Origin: Acidobacteriota bacterium
GTDB lineage: Bacteria > Acidobacteriota > Vicinamibacteria > Vicinamibacterales > JAKQTR01
DNA: 32,000 nucleotides
Direction of reading: 5' to 3'
Assembly (NCBI GenBank): GCA_026393755.1
Contig: JAPKZO010000005.1
Coordinates: 242,149 to 274,148, forward strand
Of the stretch, positions 15,467-23,816 are shown piece after piece. Under the pieces are notes generated by a model. It was not told where the DNA came from, searched no databases, and saw nothing but the letters and a program-made list of their open reading frames with translations. The stretch's first letter is position 1; every line of letters begins with the position of its first letter. The translations under genes were made by a program, and so were the position numbers.

Positions 15467-15690
15467 GGCCGGACCTCCTCCGGCGCCGTCAGGGAGCAAT
15501 CCCCCGGCGATGAGGGCGTCGATCGCCTGTGCAGTTGCCAGCGCAGGCACGTGATGGGTGCGGGCCATGGCGTGGGGTGACGGCAGCAGTGCGCCATCTT
15601 CGATATCGCCGCGGAGGATCTTGCTGCGCAGCGGCTCGGGCGAGTGCTCAGAAAGGCTGAGGAGTATTGTTCCGCCTTCACTGTTTATAT

Positions 15691-15719
15691 ACTGTATAGA
15701 CAGTTGGAGGTTTCGTCAA
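15691..15719 (-). promoter_or_regulatory. Candidate promoter and operator of the gntR-ABC operon
   Basis: On the minus strand: TTGACG (rc 15714-15719), 17 nt, TACAGT (rc 15691-15696). It sits in a locally AT-rich patch. The inverted repeat ACTGT-ATAG-ACAGT (15691-15704) overlaps the -10. Confidence 0.4.
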
Positions 15720-15813
15720 GTCGCTTCTTGCTCGCTTGTCTAAAGGGTGGCCGGTCTCGATGGCGTTGGAACATGGCCCGAACTCGGAGGCCACAAAGGC
15801 AATCTGCGAACCC

Positions 15814-15929
15814 AATCGGTTATATCAAGACGGTTATATCTTGCTGCGCGCCACTCTGTGCCCGATGCGAATATGGGCCTGAATCGGCGGATTGTAAGGC
15901 GGTTCGGACCCAAAGGCGATAACCGATCG
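15814..15929 (+). repeat. ~115-nt inverted-repeat-bounded element, copy 2, interior subfamily B
   Basis: AATCGGTTAT (15814-15823), CGGTTAT (15831-15837), ATAACCGATCG (15919-15929). The interior core CGATGCGAATATGGGCCTGAATCGGCG is shared with copies 4 and 5. Confidence 0.8.
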
Positions 15930-16013
15930 ATGGGGGGCGATCGAATGTTGGCGAGATTCACGGGGCAAAGGAACAACGCCCAAGCGTCAGGCTACGACTC
16001 GCTACGCGCCGTG

Positions 16014-17006
16014 TTACGCGACGTCAACGAGGGCGCGAGGGGGGGTCTTGTCCAATTCCTTCCAGAGCAGGGCCGCCGCGCCCAGCACCGCGCTGGTGCC
16101 CTCTGGCAAGCCCGACGGAAGCAGCTTGACTCTTCCCTGGAACGCATTCAACAGGTGCGCTTCGAGCGACGCCCTGGTCGGGATGAACAACAGGTCACCG
16201 GCGTTGGCCAGTCCACCGAACAGGACGATGGCTTCGGGACTCGTGTGGGCCACGCTCTCGGCGAGCTTCATGCCCAGGATGCGCCCCGTCTCCTCGAAGG
16301 CCATCTTCGCAATCACGTCGCCGTTGCCGGCCGCCTCGGCCACGAGTTTCGCCGTCATGTCGTTGAAGCTGATCGCCCGCAATGAGCTATCGTCCCGCCT
16401 GACGCTGAGCAATTCGAAGACGGTCCTGCAGATCCCCGGAGCGGACGCGTAGGTTTCGAGGCATCCGCGTCTGCCGCATCCGCAAAAGCGTCCGTTGGGG
16501 TCGACCGTTGTATGCCCAATCTCGCCGGCGAATCCATCGGCGCCGTACACCAGGTCCCCATTGGCGACAATACCGCTGCCCAGCCCTGTGCCGAGTGTAA
16601 TGACGATGACGTCGCGCATGCCCTTCGCGGCTCCGAACAGAACCTCGCCGAGCGCGGCCGCGTTGGCGTCGTTCGTGATGGCCACCGGGACGGCGAAACG
16701 CTCCCGGAACAGACTGACGATCGGAGTGATGCCCCTCCAGCCAAGGTTCGGGGGATTCTCGATCGTGCCCCGGTGGTAGTTCGCGTTGGGCGCACCGATG
16801 CCGATCCCGACGATGCTGCTGGTGACCGAAAGCGGGGCCTGTAACTCGGCGATCGCACCGGTCAGTCGCTCAACCAGCGCGGACACGGGTACGTGCGACT
16901 GCGTCGGCACCGACGAGTCAGCCAGGCAGGAGCCGGTCCGGTCCACCAACCCGAAGACGGTGTTCGTCCCACCGATATCAATGCCCACGGCAATGTCAGT
17001 CACCAT
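16014..17006 (-). CDS. ROK-family sugar kinase (glucokinase-like), ~330 aa
   Basis: N-terminal ATP-binding motif [21 protein letters not shown], and the ROK zinc motif [14 protein letters not shown]. The start ATG 17006 overlaps the MFS gene stop (ATGGTGA). The upstream extension in the track has no homology-like features. Confidence 0.9.
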   Translation of the reverse strand: MVTDIAVGIDIGGTNTVFGLVDRTGSCLADSSVPTQSHVPVSALVERLTGAIAELQAPLSVTSSIVGIGIGAPNANYHRGTIENPPNLGWRGITPIVSLFRERFAVPVAITNDANAAALGEVLFGAAKGMRDVIVITLGTGLGSGIVANGDLVYGADGFAGEIGHTTVDPNGRFCGCGRRGCLETYASAPGICRTVFELLSVRRDDSSLRAISFNDMTAKLVAEAAGNGDVIAKMAFEETGRILGMKLAESVAHTSPEAIVLFGGLANAGDLLFIPTRASLEAHLLNAFQGRVKLLPSGLPEGTSAVLGAAALLWKELDKTPPRALVDVA

Positions 17007-18334
17007 CGTGACACCTCGGCCGGCGCACGGTGCGCAGGAACATGCCCGTGCATTCCGTAGAACGCGATGTAGAGATAACAGAGCACCGGCAGGAAGAACG
17101 CCACCTGGATTCCGAACGCGTCCGCAAAAGCCCCCTGCACGACGGGCACGATGGCACCACCGACAATGGCCATGCAGAGAATGCCGGACCCCTGTCCCGT
17201 GTGCTTCCCGAGTCCTTCCAGCGCGAGCGTGAAGATCGTCGGGAACATGATCGAATTGAAGAGCCCGACGGCGAGGATGGCCCACATGGCGACGTGACCT
17301 GACGTTGCCATCGCCGTGATGACCAGCAAGGCGGCCATCCCGGCGTTGAACGCCAGCACACGGCCTGGAGCCACGACACGCATGACCGCCGCACCGATAA
17401 ACCGCCCGATCATCGCGCCTCCCCAGTAGAACGACAGATACCGGCCAGCCTCCGCAGCCATCAGACCGGCGATCTTCGGCTGTCCGAGGAAGTTGACCAG
17501 GAAGCTCCCGATGGCCACTTCGCCGCCGACGTACACGAAGATGGCCACCGCGCCGAGCACGAGGTGCCGATACGTCCAGGCGCTGGGAGCGCTGTCAGCA
17601 TGACGGGCGTCACCTGCCAACACGCGCCCGTTTGACGACGCGTTGATGGCCGGGAGCTTCACCAGGGCAAAGAACACGGCGATTGCGAAGAGCGCAGCAG
17701 CCAACCCGAGGTATGGAGTCTGAACCGATCCGGCTTCCGCCGACTGATAGGCGGCCAGGGCGGCCGGACTGAGTGCGGTGAGTTCACTGGCCGACTTCGC
17801 GGCAACCGACAGAATCAGCAACGACCCAAACAGAGGCGCGACCGTGGTGCCGAGCGAGTTGAAGGCCTGCGTCAGCGTCAGCCGGCTCGACGCGGTCTCC
17901 GGCTTACCGAGAATGGCAACGTAAGGATTTGCCGCGACCTGCAGCAGCGTGATACCGGAGGCAAGCACGAAAAGCGCCGACAGGAAGAGCGGGTACGAAC
18001 GGGTCCCCGCCGCCGGAAAGAACATCACGCACCCCACGCCAGCCGTCAGAAGACCGAGCACGATCCCGCGCTGGTAGCCCACCTTCTCGACGATCAGACC
18101 GGACGGCAACGAGACGATGAAGTACGCGGCGAAGAAGGTGAACTGGATCAACATCACTTGCGTGTAGTTGAGCGAAAACACCATCTTGAGATGGGGAATG
18201 AGGATGTCGTTCAGGCAGGTCAGGAACCCCCACATGAAGAACAGTGACGTCAGCACGACGAGTGCGGCCGTGTGGTTCCGCTGCCCGGAGGCCGAAGCCT
18301 CAGCTGACACGTTGCTGACCGGTCCTTGTGCCAT
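17000..18334 (-). CDS. MFS sugar:H+ symporter of the FucP/GluP (glucose/galactose transporter) type
   Basis: [19 protein letters not shown]...SLPSG...EKVGYQRGI is characteristic of the FucP/GluP subfamily, and about 12 TM segments are present. The preferred start is ATG 18334, with AGGAGA 7 nt upstream. Confidence 0.9.
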   Translation of the reverse strand: MAQGPVSNVSAEASASGQRNHTAALVVLTSLFFMWGFLTCLNDILIPHLKMVFSLNYTQVMLIQFTFFAAYFIVSLPSGLIVEKVGYQRGIVLGLLTAGVGCVMFFPAAGTRSYPLFLSALFVLASGITLLQVAANPYVAILGKPETASSRLTLTQAFNSLGTTVAPLFGSLLILSVAAKSASELTALSPAALAAYQSAEAGSVQTPYLGLAAALFAIAVFFALVKLPAINASSNGRVLAGDARHADSAPSAWTYRHLVLGAVAIFVYVGGEVAIGSFLVNFLGQPKIAGLMAAEAGRYLSFYWGGAMIGRFIGAAVMRVVAPGRVLAFNAGMAALLVITAMATSGHVAMWAILAVGLFNSIMFPTIFTLALEGLGKHTGQGSGILCMAIVGGAIVPVVQGAFADAFGIQVAFFLPVLCYLYIAFYGMHGHVPAHRAPAEVSRW

Positions 18335-18384
18335 TCTGTTTCTCCTGAGAGTGCGGCCCAATGCCCGAATCCAAGCTCTCCAGT

Positions 18385-20898
18385 TCATCGGAACTCCCGC
18401 CTGTTTGACGTGACCGTCACGTCCGCGTTCAACCTGATATCACGCGAGGAGGCGCCGACCATGATCGTCCGCCTGCCGGCCGCAACCATCCACGCGTGGT
18501 CCTTCGTGGACCAGTACGACATGGCGCGGGAGTCGATGTGCACCTTGACCGGCCTGGACGCACCCGGCGCGAGCATGACGCGGTCGAAACCCACGAGGGC
18601 CTTCACCGCCATGGGGACGGGCGGGTTCGCCGGCGGCCCGATGTAGACCTGCGGCACGTCCACGCCTTCGCGTGTCCCGGTGTTCTTCACCGTGAACGTC
18701 ACATCGTAGCCATCGTCCGCGCGCTTTACCGCCACGTTGGTGTAGGCGAACGTCGTATAGGACAAGCCGAAGCCGAACGGGAACAACGGCTCGATCTTCT
18801 CCTGATCGTACCAGCGGTAGCCGATGAAGATGCCCTCGGAGTACGCACCTTTCAGATTCACGCCGGGATACCGCTCCGGATTCGCGGTCGGCGCATCCTC
18901 CGCGCGCTTCGGGAACGTCACGGGCAGGCGTCCGCCCGGTGCCGCTTCGCCAAGCAGGAGCGCGGCCGTCGCCTCGGCGCCTTCCTGTCCCGGGTACCAC
19001 ATCTGCAGGATAGCGGCGACCTGGTCGGCCCAGGGCATCAACACCGGCGCGCCGTTGTTCATGACGACCACGGTGCGAGGATTCGCGGCCGCGACAGCGG
19101 CAACCAGCTTGTCCTGGATACCGGGCAGGGCAAGCGACGCGCGGTCGCGTCCCTCGGTCCCCTCGTCGTAGACGAACACCACCGCCACGCGGGCGGCCTT
19201 CGCTGCCGCGACGGCCTCCTCGATCCGCGCTCGTTCGATGTCGGGCGTGACCCACGCCAGGCGCATCTGCACCGGCGCGGGGCCGCCGCGTCCGCTGCCG
19301 CCCGCGGTGATGCTGATCGGTGTCGGCACGCCGGCCTCGAGGTGAATGGCGGTGCTCGAGTTGCTCAAACCGTCTGCGGTCTGAAGGAGCGCGGCCCCGC
19401 CACCGCCCGGGCCCGCGCCACGGCCTCCCTGTGCAGTCTGCTGCGCGGCCACCTGCGCGCCGAGCGCCATGCTGACGCGGCCGCCGGCCGACTGCACTTT
19501 CAGGATGTAGTCGCCTGTCTTCGGCGCCGTGAGCGTCCCTGTCCACGTGAACGTCGAGCCAGCCGGCAGCGTGTTCGCGCCGACGAGGTTCAGAGTGACA
19601 GCCGGCTTCAGGGCGCTCGCCGGCACGATGTCACCATCGAGGTCATACCCCTTCGCGTACGCGATGCGCGCGCCGGCGCCAGCCATCTTCTGCAGCACCT
19701 CGAGCGGATTATCCCGGCGCATCGGGCGGACGGCCGAGCTGCCGCCGCCCCCGATGTTCAGTACTTTCGCCGTCGGGCCAATCACGGCCAGCGACTGCAC
19801 ATCGTCTTTCGACAGCGGCAGGATGTTGCCCTGATTCTTGAGCAGCACCGCGCCCGCGATCGCGATGTCGCGCGCAGCCGGCGACGTGGTCTGAATTTCT
19901 GGCACCGGCCTGGTGTCTGGTGCGAGGAGGCCGACCTCGTCCATCGCGGACAGGATCCGCTTTACGGCCTCGTTCACGACGCTCTCGGACAGTTCGCCCT
20001 TCTTCATCGCGTCGGCCAGCGTCCCGTAGTTCCGCCCGTTCGGCATCTCCATTTCCATGCCGGCCTTCAGCGCGGGTGCCGCGCTGTGCGTAGCCCCCCA
20101 GTCCGACATGACGAAGCCCTTGAAGCCCCAGTCCTTGCGAAGGACGTCCGTCAGCAACTGTGGGTGCTCGGCTGCGTACGTGCCGTTGATCTTGTTGTAG
20201 GAGGCCATCACCGAACCGGCGCCGGCCTTAACCGACGATTCGAATCCCGGCAGGTAGATCTCGCGCCCGGTCCGTTCGTCGACGTCGGCGCTCACCGTCC
20301 CTCGCTGGTTCTCCTGGTTGTTGAAGGCGTAGTGCTTGATCGTCGCGATCACGCCCTCGCCCTGGATGCCCCTGGTCTCCGCCGCCACGAGACGGCTCGC
20401 CAGAAACGGATCCTCGCCGAGCGTCTCGAAGTTGCGGCCGGCCTGCGGCACGCGGACGATGTTGACCATCGGTGCGAGCACAACGTTTTGATGGCGTGCG
20501 CGGGCGTCCCGGCCGAGGATCGTCCCGAACTGCTTCGCCAGGTCGACCGAGAAGGTCGACGCCATTGCAACGGGCGCCGGGAGCGCCGTCGCCGGCTGCG
20601 CGGTGCGAATGCCCGCCGGGCCGTCAGTCAGTCGAAGCGGCGGGATCTTGAGGCGCGGCACGCCGGCCAAATACCCCGCCTGACCGTAACCGGCCGGATC
20701 GGCGGTGCCATACAGCATGCCGATCTTCTCTTCGAGCGTCATGGCGGCGACGAGGGCGTCGACCTTCGACGGCACGCCTGGCGGCACCGCCACCGTGCTC
20801 TTACCCTTGGCAGCCGGGGTCTGGCCGCCGCCCTGTGCGATCACGCCGACCGTCCCCAATGCGGCCGCGACGAGCGCCGAAATGATGAATGTCTTCAT
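18385..20898 (-). CDS. Glycoside hydrolase family 3 beta-glucosidase (BglX-like), exported
   Basis: GH3 motifs [18 protein letters not shown] and GFVMSDWGA (nucleophile Asp), plus a C-terminal FnIII-like domain. Start ATG 20898 with AGGA 5 nt upstream gives the signal peptide [22 protein letters not shown]. Confidence 0.9.
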   Translation of the reverse strand: MKTFIISALVAAALGTVGVIAQGGGQTPAAKGKSTVAVPPGVPSKVDALVAAMTLEEKIGMLYGTADPAGYGQAGYLAGVPRLKIPPLRLTDGPAGIRTAQPATALPAPVAMASTFSVDLAKQFGTILGRDARARHQNVVLAPMVNIVRVPQAGRNFETLGEDPFLASRLVAAETRGIQGEGVIATIKHYAFNNQENQRGTVSADVDERTGREIYLPGFESSVKAGAGSVMASYNKINGTYAAEHPQLLTDVLRKDWGFKGFVMSDWGATHSAAPALKAGMEMEMPNGRNYGTLADAMKKGELSESVVNEAVKRILSAMDEVGLLAPDTRPVPEIQTTSPAARDIAIAGAVLLKNQGNILPLSKDDVQSLAVIGPTAKVLNIGGGGSSAVRPMRRDNPLEVLQKMAGAGARIAYAKGYDLDGDIVPASALKPAVTLNLVGANTLPAGSTFTWTGTLTAPKTGDYILKVQSAGGRVSMALGAQVAAQQTAQGGRGAGPGGGGAALLQTADGLSNSSTAIHLEAGVPTPISITAGGSGRGGPAPVQMRLAWVTPDIERARIEEAVAAAKAARVAVVFVYDEGTEGRDRASLALPGIQDKLVAAVAAANPRTVVVMNNGAPVLMPWADQVAAILQMWYPGQEGAEATAALLLGEAAPGGRLPVTFPKRAEDAPTANPERYPGVNLKGAYSEGIFIGYRWYDQEKIEPLFPFGFGLSYTTFAYTNVAVKRADDGYDVTFTVKNTGTREGVDVPQVYIGPPANPPVPMAVKALVGFDRVMLAPGASRPVKVHIDSRAMSYWSTKDHAWMVAAGRRTIMVGASSRDIRLNADVTVTSNRREFR

Positions 20899-20950
20899 AA
20901 TGTCCTGCTTTCTCGCTGTATGAAGGGCTCTGCCGCCAGGCACAGGGCTG

Positions 20951-20978
20951 ATTATCGCCGTTTCCGCCTTCGGAGCAA
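20951..20978 (-). promoter_or_regulatory. Weak candidate promoter for the GH3-MFS-ROK operon
   Basis: On the minus strand: TTGCTC (rc 20973-20978), 16 nt, GATAAT (rc 20951-20956), ~50 nt upstream of ATG 20898. It lies partly in repeat-derived sequence. Confidence 0.25.
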
Positions 20979-20992
20979 GGAGAGAGAATCCC

Positions 20993-21049
20993 TTCAGCCA
21001 GAAAGTGTGACCCATGTCTCCGGAATGATCTGTTACCTATGTCTCCGGA
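20993..21049. repeat. Dispersed repeat modules: GTGACCCATGTCTCCGG plus AATGATCTGTTACCTATGTCTCCGGA
   Basis: Near-identical to 12163-12225. Confidence 0.8.
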
Positions 21050-21070
21050 TTCGCGACTTCTGGCACGCTG

Positions 21071-21185
21071 GTCGGTTATCACATAGCGGTTATGCGGCGG
21101 GAGCCATCAAGAGCGCGTCGGATTGAATCTTGGCCAGAAGCTGCCGGTGACGGCGCGAATCGGAGTCGAAGCTGATAACCGATCG
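21071..21185 (+). repeat. ~115-nt inverted-repeat-bounded element, copy 3, interior subfamily A
   Basis: GTCGGTTAT (21071-21079), CGGTTAT (21087-21093), ATAACCGATCG (21175-21185). The interior matches copy 1. Confidence 0.8.
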
Positions 21186-21211
21186 ACCGGGCGGCCGATA
21201 CGCAGAGGTGA

Positions 21212-21361
21212 CGGCCCGGCCGATATCCCGTAAACTGGAGGATGGAGGACGGCATGACGATCGACGAGGTCATCGAGCAGTTCCCGGTTTCGCGCAGCCA
21301 CGTCAAGGCCGTGCTGGAGTTTGCCGCACGCAGCCTCGACGCGCCGGTCCCGGCACGCTGA
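21212..21361 (+). pseudogene. 5'-truncated DUF433 (antitoxin-like) remnant
   Basis: ...RYPVNWRMEDGMTIDEVIEQFPVSRSHVKAVLEFAARS matches the C-terminal half of DUF433 (compare the intact paralog at 29695-29925: IPVATVVGMVAEGMTTAEILEAYPDLVEDDVREALRFAAS). The GRPIRRG piece at 21189-21209 is in another frame. The remnant begins directly after element copy 3. Confidence 0.5.
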
Positions 21362-21546
21362 TGCGGGTTCTCTTCGACAACGGGACGCCGAGGGGCGTCG
21401 GCGCGGCCCTGACGGAGCACCTCACCATCATCGTTCTTGGCAATGGTCGATGGCGTCTGATCAAGAACAGGCTGCCGACGATTGGCGCAGCGGTTGCCGC
21501 AGCGGCGCCAGGCAGTTTCGCTGAGATCGACATTCCTATTGCCTGA
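21361..21546 (+). pseudogene. Internally deleted DUF5615/Mut7-C-like PIN toxin remnant (61 aa)
   Basis: Its ATG overlaps the DUF433 remnant stop (TGATG). MRVLFDNGTPRGVGAALTEH resembles the family N-terminus, and ...IIVLGNGRWRLIKNRLPTIGAAVAAAAPGSFAEIDI resembles the C-terminus. The central ~50 aa are missing. Confidence 0.4.
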
Positions 21547-21559
21547 ACGACCTATCCCT

Positions 21560-21718
21560 ATCAGAAGGCCCACCTACTACCACGAGTGGCGAACGCACCT
21601 CTCGCTGGACAAGGACGAACCCGTCCCGCGGGTGACCCACCCGCCAAGCGGCGAAACGATCATCCAGATTCCGCACCTCGGCGGCTGGCATCATCATTCC
21701 GAACGTCGGGCCGCCTGA
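21560..21718 (+). pseudogene. C-terminal tail fragment of an rve-type transposase
   Basis: YYHEWRTHLSLDKDEPVPRVTHPPSGETIIQIPHLGGWHHHSERRAA* is paralogous to the 3' end of the remnant at 12276-12638. No upstream catalytic region is present. Confidence 0.65.
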
Positions 21719-21840
21719 TCATCGATCTCGATGCCATCGACCGCTCGGAATGGGTGGCGATCGCGACGACCGGCCCCGACGGCCCGCATTTGGCCGCAAC
21801 GTGGGGCGACTACGTTCGGGCGCTTGGCGTGCCGGACAAC

Positions 21841-21954
21841 GTGATACTGATCCCGGCCGGAGGCCTGCAGACCACCGAGGCGACACGTTTCGTGCGGTTC
21901 TTGATCTTGTTGGGCCATGATGTGGACATCGAGGATTCACGCGACTTGTCGTGA
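21841..21954 (+). pseudogene. Second DUF5615-like N-terminal remnant
   Basis: VILIPAGGLQTTEATRFVRFLILLGHDVDIEDSRDLS*. The DNA block TCGTGCGGTTCTTGATCTTGTTGGGCCATGATGTGGACAT and the initial GTGATACTGA are shared with 1206-1285. Confidence 0.35.
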
Positions 21955-22091
21955 GTTCTGACGCGTGCACGATCGTCGGCGCACAATACCTGAGACGCAT
22001 GGATTTTCGAGTCATTTCAGCGCTCTGACAAAGTAGTATTAGGATGTGGGAGTATCGCTCCAAGCGCCTGCCTGTGCTTAAGGAGCGCGAG

Positions 22092-22693
22092 ATGGCCAGA
22101 ACTCATCGCTTGTCGACAACCGGTGCTCTGATTGTCTGCTTGGTTGCTGCTCAGGTGAGCGGCACGCTCTTCGCGAGCGAGGAAACACCTTCGTCGATCG
22201 CCGCACCCTCGTCACGGTCGGTGGTCAACGGCACATCAGAAGCGCAGGGGCTGAACGCAGCAAGCCCCGCGCCTGTAGTCTCAGCCAGCGAGCAGCCCGC
22301 CAGCGCGGCCGAGCTTCCACGGCCAACTGTGGAACGGTCACGCTTCACGCTCAACGATGAGTTCCTCACCGCGAACGCGCCACTCGGACCGGCCAGTGCG
22401 CAAGTCTGGCGCAGCACACTCAAAGTCGCACGCGTTGAATCCCGCTCCCTCACCCAGTGGGGTGGTTACAGAGGTCGAGGAAGGGGGGCCGTAACGGAGC
22501 CATCGCGGCAATAGCCCTCGGGGCGGTCGCCTCGATAGCGGGCGGGGCGATTTTGGTGTATGCCAACAGGCCCGAGTGCCGCACTACGAACCACATGGCG
22601 AACGGCTGCAGCTACGGCACGAAGGTCGTTGGCGGCGCCGTGCTCTCGGCGGGAATAGTCGGGCTGCTCGTCGGAGCGTCAATATGGAGATAG
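22092..22693 (+). pseudogene. Exported protein with a C-terminal double-TM anchor, split by a frameshift in a G6 run
   Basis: AAGGAG lies 6 nt upstream of ATG 22092, giving the signal peptide MARTHRLSTTGALIVCLVAAQVSGTLFA. Frame 1 stops at 22514. Frame 2 (22457-22693) encodes RNGAIAAIALGAVASIAGGAILVYANRPEC...VVGGAVLSAGIVGLLVGASIWR. One extra G in the run at 22483-22488 would fuse them into one ~200-aa ORF. Confidence 0.5.
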
Positions 22694-22879
22694 CCGCATT
22701 TGAGGATGTTCCGGTGGCGTAGAGCAAGGCCGTTCGGGCTACAGCCTGGGGGCGCGGACTGAAGATCGCGGCGAGGCGCCCGTCATGCGCCGCGGCGCGC
22801 AAGGTCCGCACGTGCACGTGGGGTTCGTTTGGCAGGAGTTGAGGGGGCAACCGCTGATGCGCTGGCCGCCTCACCGTCA

Positions 22880-23111
22880 GCGTCGCTGCCCGGCGGATGA
22901 CGGCGGCTGGCGGCGATAATCGATCGGCCCGCGCGCCTCGATCTTCCGCAAGACCGGGGAGATCGGGCGCGATGACGCGGTGCGAGGACCGGAACGCGTC
23001 AATCTGCTTCTGCCAGACGCCGCGACTGAGAGGGAACCCATGCACGAAGACCAGCGACACCCCTCGTCCCTCGTCGACCGTACTGAGATTGATGATGTTC
23101 GTCGTCTGCAC
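22880..23111 (-). pseudogene. N-terminal fragment (~75 aa) of an alpha/beta-hydrolase
   Basis: GAAGGAG lies 6 nt upstream of GTG 23111. VQTTNIINLSTVDEGRGVSLVFVHGFPLSRGVWQKQIDAFRSSHRVIAPDLPG fits the alpha/beta-hydrolase N-terminus (HGFP...W..Q...L....RVIAPDL.G). The nucleophile-elbow region is absent in every frame. Confidence 0.55.
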
Positions 23112-23127
23112 GAGGGCTCCTTCCCCT

Positions 23128-23310
23128 TCAACTGGAGCGCGCGAGATACGCCACGTAAGCCAGGATGATGGCGATAGCCACAAGTGCCAGCCGTGCCATT
23201 CCCATCATGCTCGTGTGACCGACAGGCCGCGTGCCTTTGGGTTGAATCGCGGTGACAGCGGCCACAGCAGCAACGATGACCGCCAGAGTGAGCCATACGA
23301 GCCAGTTCAT
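23128..23310 (-). CDS. Possible 60-aa two-TM membrane peptide
   Basis: MNWLVWLTLAVIVAAVAAVTAIQPKGTRPVGHTSMMGMARLALVAIAIILAYVAYLA forms two clean hydrophobic helices. No convincing RBS. Confidence 0.3.
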   Translation of the reverse strand: MNWLVWLTLAVIVAAVAAVTAIQPKGTRPVGHTSMMGMARLALVAIAIILAYVAYLARSS

Positions 23311-23347
23311 GGCTCAACTATGTATGATCAGAGTCTGCGCCCGCTGT

Positions 23348-23470
23348 TCAATTGTGGACCTCCGAGTCGTCTACCGGCATCGTCAATGGCAGCCGCGCGC
23401 TGACGGCGTCCTTTCCTGTCAGCCTCTCGAGCATCTTCTGCTTGTACGCCAGTGAGAATGGCCTGGTCAC
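23348..23470 (-). pseudogene. Possible fragment of a transposase helper (IS3-type OrfA-like N-terminus)
   Basis: (V)TRPFSLAYKQKMLERLTGKDAVSA... resembles the RRFS.EFK.KMV.R..G...VS start of IS3-family OrfA proteins. It terminates after 40 codons. Confidence 0.3.
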
Positions 23471-23540
23471 GTCGTTGTCGCTTCCTCGCCCCGCTGGGTC
23501 AGAGTCCAAGGGCAAGCGACAACTATCCTGACGCAGGGGG

Positions 23541-23709
23541 CCGGAATGATCTGTTACCTATGTCCCCGGAACAGACCGCCCACCGCCGGAATGATCTGTT
23601 ACCTATGTCTCCGGAATAGACGGATGGCAGGTGGCCTGCCAAGCCGAAGCAAGGCGAGGAGAGAATCAGGCCGGAGCCTTGCGAAGGCTGGCGCGCCCGC
23701 CCGCCTTCG
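23541..23709. repeat. Mosaic repeat block: two AATGATCTGTTACCTATGTC(T/C)CCGGAA modules, a GGATGGCAGGTGGCCTGCCAAGCCG module and a GC-rich REP-like hairpin
   Basis: The ATGTC(T/C)CCGG module is duplicated at 23545-23570 and 23589-23616. 23618-23690 parallels 301-360 and 29340-29398. The hairpin CGAAGGC...GCCTTCG is at 23682-23709. Confidence 0.8.
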
Positions 23710-23756
23710 TTGCCGCTGCTCTTCTCATGCGCGATGGTCGCGGTCTTGCTGGCCAT
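23709..23756 (-). pseudogene. 16-codon stump of an XRE-type antitoxin gene
   Basis: MASKTATIAHEKSSGN is paralogous to MAKKSTTIAHEKSSGN of the gene at 27439-27837, with about 40 of 48 nt identical. Homology stops exactly where the REP-like hairpin begins. Confidence 0.55.
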
Positions 23757-23816
23757 GTCAGTCCTGGACAGAAGGTGAAACCGTACGGTGTCGGAACCTG
23801 CCCGCGGGTGCGCTCG

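Noticed and set aside
15467-15568. The longer GntR N-terminus starting at ATG 15568 (MARTHHVPALATAQAIDALIAGGLLPDGAGGGPA...).
   Set aside because: The extension is Ala/Gly-rich with no RBS. GTG 15466 has a strong GGAGGAGG and yields the usual YtrA-type length. I keep it only as an alternative start.
18496-21126. An 876-aa ORF on the plus strand, exactly mirroring the GH3 gene. Similar long antisense ORFs occur at 5676-6590, 6951-8261, 9913-11391, 8758-9735 and 25119-26243.
   Set aside because: They are Arg/Gly/Ala/Pro/His-rich and motif-less, and each lies antisense to a gene with clear family signatures. This is the usual stop-codon-poor shadow of high-GC coding DNA.
21719-21880. A pyridoxamine-5'-phosphate-oxidase-like fragment: VAIATTGPDGPHLAATW...ILIPAGGLQTTE.
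   Set aside because: The resemblance is vague. The GG..T.E part is also explained as the start of the DUF5615-like stump, since 21841 shares GTGATACTGA with 1206. I cannot support a family call.
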